From: Penicillus capitatus
Taxonomy: Eukaryota > Plantae > Chlorophyta
NCBI GenBank assembly: GCA_965649825.1
Contig: OZ287696.1
Span: 1,159,101 to 1,223,100, forward strand
Direction: 5' to 3'
Length of the DNA: 64,000 bases
In this document: positions 28,421 to 39,082 of the stretch, piece after piece
Numbering within the stretch: position 1 is the stretch's first letter
Layout: every line of letters begins with the position of its first letter
Notes under the pieces: model-generated
The model's input: only the letters and a program-made list of their open reading frames with translations
What the model was told of the DNA's origin: nothing
The model's database searches: none
Translations under genes and position numbers: made by a program

Positions 28421-30052
28421 ACCTGGTTTGCCAAACAGCGACGCCGACAACGTCGTTAGCGAATTGGCTTAACGCGACGCCGATGTTCAGCTCTGTTTTC
28501 CACAGGACGATGAGCAAATGAAATCCTCAAGGCCCTTCGATTTCAGATTTCTTTGTTAAATGGCGGACCTCGGTTTCAGTAAAGGACATTTTCAGTTTTC
28601 AAGTCGCAATCAAATGTGGTTTTCCCTAACATCGGATGGTGATCTTTTCTCGAGATGTCGATTCTTTCGCGGAGTGTGTTTTTTGTTCTGATGTCTCGCT
28701 GATGCAAAATTCAATCGTCTGCTTACTCTCGAGCAACACCCCCACCATTGCATCGACTGTTCGGGCCTATCGTATCCGAAGCCACACTGTGGTATAGAAT
28801 CAATCTTATTCGCCATACATGATACAATGTCATTGGACGAGATCTGCACTTTGTTCTGTGGTGCTGCCTCTAACTTTAACGTTCCTCCTTAATGTGAACT
28901 ATACCGACAACATCTCGTCGATGATCGAAGTGATCGACATTATCTCGTCCATCAATGCGATGAATTTCGATGAAAAGCGCATCGAGCACGACGGTTTTTA
29001 CGTAACTGCATCGATCGAATTCAATCCATCTCTATCAGCTATCGTTCATCGTCGGCTGACCGAGCTCGCGCCTTACGTTATAGCTGTGTGGACTCCAATC
29101 GCCTCGTCGATGCGACTGCGGACTAAAGGGTGTCCAGTACTGAAGAAGACTTAAAGAGCTATGCCTCTTGCATTGCTGCTGCATCGATAAACCATCGTTG
29201 AATAAATCGACCGATGGGATCATTATTCGTTTTGCAAATGCTTATCTCGGTCGTGTTGCCCTTATTTTGGCTGATTTCGTATGCTTGATCTATATGATCA
29301 GGCTAAGAGGTACTGTGCCAGTCACTTCGCTGCAAATATGACTGACCTCTGGACATGCGGAACTCGAATCACAGGAATGACGATAGTATATCGATATCTA
29401 TCTTGCTGCGGAAAAACTGCTGTCTTACTTTGATCGTCATGAGGATAAAAAAATATAAGAATCTCTTCTCCTCTGTTCCGAGACTGATATGTCAGATAAT
29501 CAGTGGAGGCGTCGATGTGCCGTCCTTGTTTATCGACAGTCGTTTACCGTCCACTGAAGGACGCTATCAATTCTATACTAGCATGATATTTCCAATGTTG
29601 TCGTCTGTCTGTTTACCTTATGACCAGACCGATCGATCTCGGTACTTTTGCAGATGCAAAGTGGTGGTTCTGCTGCACTACAATACAAATTCCTGATCCA
29701 TTACCCCTATATCGTCCAAGACAGGTCCTGACAAAAAACGACTTCAGATCGACGCGAAGCAAAATCCCTTAGCAAAGTCTTCGAGATCTCTCCATGGCGC
29801 ACTTAAGACAGATCATTCATATCTACGCCATACTTTACACACATTTGACTGCAAAGAGACGTCAAGCATGATGATCCGCTTCACTAGACATTGGATAAGG
29901 ACGTTCCGAAGACATAAACCATCTAAGACCAGGCATTCATACGAAAGAATGATGACGTTTGCGATGGCAATTCTATTAATTGAGGATTATCACGTTGAGA
30001 AGTTCTTCCAATCCGTCTTGGCAAACAGACACACACGCCGTTCCAACGATCC

Positions 30053-31051
30053 ATGTCGTCTTTTACCGTTTCTTGCAAATCGATCGTCGCGCCGTCGAAT
30101 GCGGCACGACGCCCCTCGCGCGGACGTCTTGTAGTAGAGGCTACGAGTCGAGTCGACAGGAGCTCAAAGAGCGATGTCATCGTGGCTCCGTCGATTCTCT
30201 CAGCTAACTTCGCAAAACTCGGTGCCGAGGTTGGCTCTGTGTCATCGCGACAACATCGAAGTCGCCTTTGATTCACAGGTTGAGGCGATTGACCAAGCAG
30301 GATGCGACTGGGTGCACGTAGACGTAATGGACGGTCGCTTTGTGCCTAACATCACTATTGGCCCACTCGTCGTCGATGCCATCCGACCCGTAACCGACAA
30401 AGTTCTCGATTGCCATCTGGTAGATGAACCCTGCTTGCCACACACCCCACTCGACATGCTCATCGATAGATGATCGTGGAGCCAGAGCTGCGCGTGGCTG
30501 ATTTCGCGAAAGCAGGGGCCGATATCATTTCTATCCACTGCGAACAATCGTCGACCACTCATTTGGACAGAGTCCTCAATCAGGTCTCCTTTTTTGCTGT
30601 GTTACTTGCTCGACGAGATTCACTGCCTGATCATCACAGATCAAAGATTTGGGGTGCAAAGCCGGAGTGGTGCTGAATCCTGCAACACCTCTGAGCTTCG
30701 TTGAACACGTTGTCGCCATTGCCGATCTGATCTTGATCATGTCTGTCAATCCTGGGTTCGGCGGACAGAAATTCATTCCTTATCAAGTGCCCAAGATTAA
30801 GCGGCTTCGAGAGATGTGCCAAGAACAGGGAGCCGATCCATGGATCGAAGTGGACGGTGGAGTGACGCCCGAAAACGCCTATCTCGTCCTCGAAGCAGGC
30901 GCCAATGCCATTGTCTCTGGATCCGGTGTCTTCAAAGCGAAATCCTATGCTGAAGGTAACCACCACTTGCAGGATCCCCTTCCTCGACCGCTTCTGTTCA
31001 GCCATCAAGGGTATCAAAACGAGTACGAGGCCTACAATGGCTATGGCTTAG
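30053..31051 (+). CDS. RPE: Ribulose-phosphate 3-epimerase, plastid
   Basis: Transit peptide, then [64 protein letters not shown] and GSGVF. Confidence 0.96.
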
Positions 31052-31170
31052 ATTCTTTTACACTCTTTCTTTTGAAAATGTGTATTGTTATTGGTGGTGA
31101 TGGAGAGGATGATCGATTATTGTTTGTTTTCGTCGAGACATGTCCATTTCAACAACTTCCCCAATTGCGT

Positions 31171-31791
31171 TCACAATTTCTCTACTGGAGGTGCAGGAGG
31201 CGTACCAACATTCGGAAAGAAGATCGAAACCAACAACTCCCATTCGGGAACCGAGAAGAACTCCTCCTGTTCAAAGATGAGTCCCTCTGCATCCGTCCGA
31301 AAGTAGGTCGTCACGTAATAGGCTTTGATCTTCGGCCTGAAAAGAAAATTGATCGTCGCTTCCAATCGCCAGATCATTTTGATTTCCTTGTCTCCTGTGA
31401 TCTTCGTCTCTACAATGTCCATTTCTGTAGCCGGATCAAACAACCGAGCCACGCCCTTTGCATAGTCGTCGATGCCGTTGACTTTGACAGATGGATCGCG
31501 GAAGAGAAAGCGATCGGAGAATAGACGTCTGTTCACGCGACCAGTAACGAACCATTTGGTATCGCCGATCTCCTCCACAAGTCGCTCCTTAAGCTCCTCG
31601 ATCGTCAATCCCGTTAGCTTCTCTTCAGTGGAGGCGACACACGATAGAGCAACGCTATCGTGTCTCCCATTCCTCAACAGCGTTCTTCGACGCAACGGGC
31701 ACTTCATCGACGCATCACTCGAAAACACGAGCGTGCCATTGTGACGATCGAGTGAACGGATGCTTTTCTGGACGGAACAGCACGATGTCAT
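31171..31791 (-). CDS. DUF2358/SnoaL-like plastid protein
   Basis: Single exon with a transit-like N-terminus; WFVTG...[11 protein letters not shown]...GIDDY and [10 protein letters not shown]. Confidence 0.72.
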   Translation of the reverse strand: MTSCCSVQKSIRSLDRHNGTLVFSSDASMKCPLRRRTLLRNGRHDSVALSCVASTEEKLTGLTIEELKERLVEEIGDTKWFVTGRVNRRLFSDRFLFRDPSVKVNGIDDYAKGVARLFDPATEMDIVETKITGDKEIKMIWRLEATINFLFRPKIKAYYVTTYFRTDAEGLIFEQEEFFSVPEWELLVSIFFPNVGTPPAPPVEKL

Positions 31792-31890
31792 CGTCTTGAA
31801 ATCCAAATGCCGTGCTCTCTTCTTTCTCTTTGGAAATGACGGTTCACGTTGCGGCGTACGAGCGCGCTTTCCTTCGATATTTGACACAAG

Positions 31891-32268
31891 ATGGTGGCCT
31901 TTCTTTTTCTCATCGCAACTTTTGCGTTAGGCGTCTATATCGCCTACTTCTTCAGTTCGCCTAGAGCGAGATACCCGAAGAAAGCCAAGGCTTCGGATAG
32001 ACCTCCTCCCACAGCAGTACACTATACCCGAGCTGAAGTATCAAAGCACAACACGCCAGAAGACCTCTGGATCATTATCAGACAGAGAGACACCGGAGAA
32101 TATCGTGTCTACGATCTTAGCTCCTACGTTGACGAGCATCCGGGAGGAGACGGTATTCTGAATCATGCCGGGGGAGATTCGACTGAGGGATTCCATGGAC
32201 CACAACATCCACCGCGAGCGTTTGATATTGTCGAAGATTTCTGTATCGGAACATTGGCGGATCCGTGA
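31891..32268 (+). CDS. Cytochrome b5-like protein with an N-terminal membrane anchor
   Basis: N-terminal hydrophobic helix, then YTRAEVSKHN...LWIII...VYDLSSYVDEHPGG...AGGDSTEGF...QH...IGTL (both heme His present). Confidence 0.92.
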   Translation: MVAFLFLIATFALGVYIAYFFSSPRARYPKKAKASDRPPPTAVHYTRAEVSKHNTPEDLWIIIRQRDTGEYRVYDLSSYVDEHPGGDGILNHAGGDSTEGFHGPQHPPRAFDIVEDFCIGTLADP

Positions 32269-32948
32269 TGTCTGTGTGATGCAAGGGCCACTTAGACGAG
32301 GAATCTGTCAGAGGTGCGAAAGGTGACAGTAAACCGATGCATCGATCGAACTTAGATGAAACGCGATGTCTCGAAATCAGTTCGTTGTAGACAAGGTTGT
32401 CGATTAAATAGAAAACATGTTTTGGAATGGTGACTGATTGTAATTGATGGTTTCCACTCCAGCAGGAGTAATCTGGTTGTGTCGTGGTACTGGGCACACG
32501 ACAGAATAGTGATTTAATTCACAACGACTGCAAGGCGAAAGAGTAAAGGGAAGAGTGGCCACTGTTGCGCGGCCTGTGATCTCGCACACAGTAAAGGCGT
32601 TGAGTTTTATGCATGAATTATTGCAGTATCAGAAAACCGGTGTTGTGCTGCACAGAAGCCATTCTTTACACCGATCGAGCAGCGACTGTAGGACAGCCTA
32701 ATATAGAACGGAGCGATCGGTGCGGTGATCGACACATCGGTCTTGACGATCATCTTTCTCTGTGTTATCTTATCGCCCTATAGTAGGTTACAGATAAGAG
32801 ACGACTTCGAAGATCGACAAAAGTTGTTTGTTCATTTGCAGGTAAGCATTTTCGTCGATGCTCGTATTCGAAGTTTCGATCCGGCAGAAGGCAACTTCGA
32901 TCGAATCGTCGACATTTGAGCAGCAAACTTATCGATTCCAATACATGC

Positions 32949-32968
32949 GATCGATCGATCGATCGATC
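32949..32968. repeat. (GATC)5 microsatellite upstream of the aldo-keto reductase gene
   Basis: Five perfect tandem GATC units. Confidence 0.95.
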
Positions 32969-33439
32969 GATGAAGGCGTCGAGGTGAGGAATTGTCAAGC
33001 AGCTTACATTCTTAACTCTTTTCGATATTTTCACGACAAGACTCTTCAATGCCTCACTTGCAGACCCATAACAATTACCCGTCGCAGTTCGTGGCACCCT
33101 TTACCCGGCAACTTCAGTTGGGTTCAGGGCAGATGTTTGATGGTCTCTCATGTTAATCTCCGTTATCTCAGCAAATACCCGAATGTGTTCTTTTTTTTGC
33201 ACGCGATAGCTTACGCTAATAAGAGTAGCTGCTGATCGACTAAAGCTATCCCGCCGTTTCAGACGTGTTACAGAATAGAAATGGATAAACTGTGCCGCAC
33301 AAGACACGTTTGGGAACTCAGTCGACAAGACAGCCACTTGAAGAGTCAATCACATCCGATTGTTGCTTCGTCCTGTCGTCGCTCATTAGCAATTGTCTTT
33401 ATTCTAACATGTACTCGTGTGCGGTTCCATGTTCTCTGC

Positions 33440-34679
33440 ATGCAACACCGACCCCTAACACTCGGCACCGCAGCCGCGTTTGTGCTGCCTCGATCGTAGA
33501 AAGCGGCTCTTCTCGCGTTCGGCGCATCGAGTTGGGAACTTCTGGTACGTCGTGATGAGCATCTGTTCGAGAATCAAGTTCTTTCAGGTCTTCAGGTGAC
33601 CGAGCTAGGGGTCGGAGCATGGTCGTGGGGCGATCGTAGTGGTTACTGGGGTTATGGGCGAGAATACGGCAAGTCTGAGAGCGAAGAAGCTTACAAAGTT
33701 TATTTCGTCCTACGTGGTTTACCCAAGTCAAATGAGTGTTTCTAGGCCTTGATGGAAACAGGAGTCGATTTCATCGATACGGCAGAGGTCTATGGCTATG
33801 GAAAATCTGAAGAGTTCCTGGGGGAATTCATGAAGAAGTCTGGCACACGACCGACCATCGCAACGAAATTTCCACCTCTGCCATGGCGTGTGACGAAAGA
33901 ATCTGTCCCAATCGCACTGAAAGCGAGTCTACAGAGATTGCAGCTGGACAAAGTGGGTCTATACATGATCCACTGGCCGGGGTTCTTCTGGAATGCTTTC
34001 TTCAACGACGCCTACATTGAGGGGCTGGGTATGTGCGTCGATCAAGGACTGACGGACGCTGTCGGCGTATCGAATTTCAGCAAAGACCGATTGAGACAGG
34101 CTCATGAGCAACTGAAGAAACGTGGCGTGGGATTGGCATCCAATCAAGTGCAATACAGTTTGCTCTACAGAAAGCCTGAAACGAATGGGGTTATGGAAAC
34201 ATGCCGTGAGTTGGGTGTCACCCTCGTGGCCTATTCGCCCATCGCACAGGGACTCTTGACAGGTGTGCATTCGCCAAAAGAGTATGTCTTATCGAAATAC
34301 ACCTCACAGGAAAGTACAAGCCCGGGACGGTGCCAACGGGCCCAAGAGGCGCCTTTATCAATGAGAAGCGAGTGAAGGAAGTGCAGCCACTCATCGAAGC
34401 TATGAGAGCCATTGGGCAGGAGCATGGAGACAAGACACCAGTTCAAGTGGCAATCAACTGGACGATCTGTAAAGGTGTGCATGTTTTTTGCAGTCTGCCT
34501 CGTGACGGCGTTGTTCTACTTCAGGCGCACTTCCTATTCCCGGAGTGAAGAATGTGAAGCAAGTAGAGGAGGTGGCAGGCGCTGCGGGATGGAGATTGAG
34601 TGAAGCAGAAGTGGCAGAGCTTGATGCGCTCAGTGACAAATTTGCCTCGAGTACTGGAGCGCCGTTTGAAAATTGGTGA
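33440..34679 (+). CDS. Aldo-keto reductase, plastid-type (pyridoxal reductase-like)
   Basis: LGVGAWSWGD, FIDTAEVYG, IATKF, LYMIHWPG, VGVSNF, NQVQYSLLYR, VAYSPIAQG and LPIPGVKN. Confidence 0.9.
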
Positions 34680-36304
34680 ATATGTCACATCATTATTTGT
34701 GTCCACCGATTCTTTGTTCTTTTTAAAAGAATTCTTTACTTTTGAAGAATCAACATTCGATCGAGAACGCGGCTACCACCAGAAACGTCAGACTGATTCA
34801 TGTCACGAAACCGAATGCTGGTAGGCACGAATAACAAAGGATTCTACAGACACCGACCCTTGTAATGATCCGGGAAATGTCAAATACCGTTTGGCAGATT
34901 GACAGATAGTCAATCATATATTTAGATCTTCTATTCTCTAATTCCTCTGTTAGGTACTGTGGCGACTATGCTTCAATTGGGTTTGACGGATGGCTGGCTA
35001 AGCGGAACGAAGGGAGACTTAACTTCTTGTTTCCCTTTGTCGAGCGTTTAGAATGGCCGCGAGACTAAGAAGAGAGATCTGCGGATTTTGACCAACGATG
35101 AGATGTGACTAGGTCGACAGGTTAGTGGTGTACTGTTTTGTTAGGTGTATACCGATGCGGTTGTCATGTCTCTGTCTACATGATTGGCCACTCCGACTCC
35201 AATTGTCTGTGATGCCGATCGGTGAATAAGAGTCATTTCGTTTGTTCCATATCTGGTAGTACAGTAGATTGATCGAAGAAATCACTGGCCTTTTCCTCTC
35301 GATCTCCGATTCGCCTTAGCTATAAGCTCAACTCGAACAAGTAAATCGTCAATGTTGTTTTCAGATATCGTCGTGTCATTTCTACCCTGTCGATGACGTT
35401 AGACGGACATTATTCATTTGTTCGGACAACAGGTTAGAATTGGACTCCCCTTATATCTACTGAGCAGCCAATAGGAAAATTGACACGGTGCCATTCTATA
35501 AACTCCACTACTGCTACGGATGCGATGTGTACCAATCGTTTGAGAACATATTGTTTTCTTTTCGAACGCCGTGCGGATCATTTATCGCAAATCGATGAAA
35601 ACTGTGATTGCTACAGATGGAATGATCAATTGACTATACGCACAGCGCCATTGACTGCATTTCAGCGTGTCGTCATGGTGTGGAACTGCGATCATAATGA
35701 ATAAAATGAACTAGTGACAAAGGTGGTGTGTCAACGTTGGCGATTTTAAATATGTACAGTTATCTCGACACCTCCGGCTTCTCTTTTCATCGTGCTATTC
35801 GATTCGCAGAAAAAGTGCTTCTCGACAAAAAGATTCATTGCTAACATGCACACCAGTATCGCAGTGTCAGAAACTCGCATCTAAACTAGCAAGCAGTCTG
35901 CCAAATCCGGCTTCGCGATCGGTGATCGATCGTTTCGAGATATGCGATCGAACTTCGTAACCGATCGTCGAATCGATTGTTACAACATATCATCTCCAGC
36001 CTCGCGATCTATTGATCATCGCGAATAAGGACATCAAACATAGCGATCGACAAGTTCGACGATTGTTCCCTTGTAATTATCGATTAATGCATCAAATACC
36101 TTTTACAAATGCCGAATGCAAAGCATATCATTAGATGAAAGAGATTTAAAGATGACAGACGCCGATTCCTTACCGATTGTATTCGGCAAGTGCATAACCT
36201 TGTTATGAGAGAAAGCCGAAAAGACGTCGAAACCATGCTAAACTGAATGAAAAGGTAGTAAGAATTGTTCCAATGTTTAACTGATGCGACAAAAAACGTC
36301 GTTT

Positions 36305-36320
36305 GATCGATCGATCGATC
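36305..36320. repeat. (GATC)4 microsatellite in intergenic DNA
   Basis: Four perfect tandem GATC units. Confidence 0.95.
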
Positions 36321-36784
36321 GCGACGATGGATAACAGATCTGGTGATATCTTCGTAAGCGAAGCAATCGCGATGATCGTCGCTCGAATGTAGTGTACTTT
36401 AATCGATTGCGATAACGAGTTTCTGCGCTGCTTCGATGCCTTCAGCACTGGAAAGTAAGTATGTCAGAGCCACTAGTTCGTTTAGGGACAATAACGAATA
36501 TCTGAGACAGTCGATCACCGGAGATCGAAATATTACTAATAACTTTTGCTATGGGTGTCGCTATCTATCTCAGAAACATCGTGAACGAGGTCCATCTTCC
36601 TCCCATGACGCTTTCATGGTCTGTCGCATTCTGTCTGTTCAGTCAAATGGTTATCATCTGCTGCACACGACGATCCTTCATCGCGTTTTTTCTTCGTTTG
36701 TGGCTTTATCTGGTTTGTCTTCTTCGCGCTCGCAAGTCTGATCCCTCCCTTCCATCCCCTCATTCTGCACATCGCAGATCGTCA

Positions 36785-37330
36785 TCACTCGATGGGCGTT
36801 ATAGATGACAACATCACAAGGCTTACGTCGAGTGGCATCGAAAACAGTTCCTCCAAAAAAGGGCTGTGCGGGCGACTGTGATCGAGATCCGTCCCCTCGA
36901 CTTCGAAACAACGGCGCTCGATATCGTAGAATTCAGGACACGACATTCTTTCCAACCCTTCTTCGCCCAACACCACATCTGGACGACTGCTTTGACTCGA
37001 CTTCGCCTTGGTCAGCAGCTCCTTCTGCGACGCGGGACTATTGATATCGCTCAAGACATCATCGGCCTCGTCGCCAGAAGTCATCGACATTGAAGCATCC
37101 GTGTCGCTCAGCGGATAACTCTCCAACGCCGAAGGCACCGAAGCAGCGCAGCTGAGACAGTCGTACCCTTGAGACGACAGCTGTGAAGGTCGGCGGTCCT
37201 CGACGTCGTCACACGCTAGTCGTGTCAGCGCCTCATGTGCATTCTCTCCCTTGAGGCGAACCACCTCCGAAATCAGTTCCTTGCTGAAGAGTGGAAACTG
37301 GAGAGAGAGCGTCTCTGTTGTGTCCGACAT
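36785..37330 (-). CDS. Hypothetical protein with a possible N-terminal CUE-like helical motif
   Basis: 181-codon ATG ORF. LSLQFPLFSKELISEVVRLKGENAHEALTRL resembles the CUE FP motif. Confidence 0.55.
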   Translation of the reverse strand: MSDTTETLSLQFPLFSKELISEVVRLKGENAHEALTRLACDDVEDRRPSQLSSQGYDCLSCAASVPSALESYPLSDTDASMSMTSGDEADDVLSDINSPASQKELLTKAKSSQSSRPDVVLGEEGLERMSCPEFYDIERRCFEVEGTDLDHSRPHSPFLEELFSMPLDVSLVMLSSITPIE

Positions 37331-37353
37331 GCTTTAGCAAAACGCCTGTGCGA

Positions 37354-38983
37354 ATGACATTATTCCGTACAATGCGGTTGGCCAAGTCCTGTGCCGTCAG
37401 CGCTGTTCGAGGACTCGATCGGTTGTCCGTGCGCAAAAGCACGCCTTGGTATGTGGCCCGACAAACATCATCGTCCACGCGGGTGGCCGGTTTACAATCG
37501 TTGAGAGGTGGAGAGCGTCTTGTCCTCAGGGTCAGTCGACTGGTACTGTATGTGGTGCAGAGAGGATGTTCATAAGGGCCTCAGGGGTTCTGACGGAGAC
37601 AGAGGGAGCTGGACCTCTCGAGGATGAAGCTGCTTTAAGGGACGTGGGTGTGACAACGCCACAAACGGCAGCTTGGTTTCAAAAGAAAAGGAAATCCGTT
37701 CACGATAAAAGTGTGACCTTGTCCATGAGTGAGACGGATGTGTAAGAGCGGATCAAGGAGATTAGATTTCGTGCTGCTTGGAAAATCGAAGGAAGAAATG
37801 GATATCTTGATGCAGCACTGTGGAGAGCCTCTTTATCGCTCCAAACAGATTCTGGACTATCTAGAGCGCGGCACCAAGAAGATCGACGAAATGTATTACG
37901 TAAGAAATATAAGAAACAAAACAATGATCAAAGATGAACGAGGTGTGCTATACAGATCCCGAAATCTCTCAGAACAAGGCTGAAGGAAATGGATCTGCGG
38001 ACAGGGAGATCTCATTTGCATTCCGTATTGCCTTGCACTGATGGAACGGTGAAGTTCTTGCTGCAGCTGGCAGACGGCCGAGTTGTCGAAGCCGTCGCCA
38101 TTCCAGCCAGCAAAACCGAAATCTCGCAGCTCGTTGCCTGCATCTCATCGCAGGCAAGCAGACAGAGGTCTTCCTACAATCGCAAATTGGTGTCTGCTCA
38201 GGTCGGATGCGCCATGGGGTGCTCTTTTTGCGCGACAGGACAAGGAGGATTCGGTCGTAACTTAGATGCACATGAAATCATTGATCAGGTCATGACAATA
38301 CAGGAACAGATGCGACAAGAAGTCACCCACGTAGGTAATGTATGAAGGAAAGCTGCATTCTACCGATCTCTTTGCGTTGTTCAGAGTTCATGGGCATGGG
38401 CGAACCGCTGATGAATCTTAACAAAGTGATCAGAGCTTACTACTGGATCAACGCACACATGAATATTCACAAGCGTTGTTTCAAGATTTCCACAGTCGGT
38501 GTTCCGAATGCGATTCGATACCTGGCAGAAAGGAAGCTTAAACTGAAGCTAGCTATCAGTTTGCATACGACCGACCAGAAACTGCGCGAGCATTTGATTC
38601 CGAGCGCTAAGGATTTTCCGATGCCAGAGCTTTTCAAGGACTGTCGATGGTATTTTAACCAAACGGGCTGTCGCGTCACCTTTGAGGTTGCCCTGCTGAG
38701 AGATATCAACGACTCCGAGGCCCAGGCGAGCCATATGGCTAGAAAAATGCGTCAACAAAAGTGCCCAGCTCACGTCAGGCTCATGCTCTGGAATCCTGTC
38801 GAAGGAATGAAATACGAGCCAACTGACGTAGAGACGGCCGTTACATTCAAACGGGTGCTGGAGTACTATTCGATCCCAGCCAGCATTCGCAGGAGCAAAG
38901 GACTCGAGAAGGCAGCTGCCTGCGGCCAACTGAGCAATGAATTTCAGAAGCGTCCGCTCAAAGAAATCGTACCGCTTGGTTGA
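37354..38983 (+). CDS. rlmN: RlmN-family radical SAM RNA methyltransferase, organelle-targeted
   Basis: CISSQ|VGCAMGCSFCATG (CxxxCxxC), FMGMGEP, ISTVG, AISLH and AACGQL. One intron is GC-AG (38154-38201). Confidence 0.93.
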
Positions 38984-39082
38984 CTTTGATCGCATTGTCA
39001 AAGGAACAGTCCATTTGGCAATTACGCCGTTGTTTGTTTGGTGGTTTCTTGACTGCGTCGATTCATCGGGACGTCGTGCGCC

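Noticed and set aside
36551-36808. Small hydrophobic plus-strand ORF
   Set aside because: It is short, has no motif and overlaps the probable 3' end/UTR of the minus-strand gene at 36785..37330.
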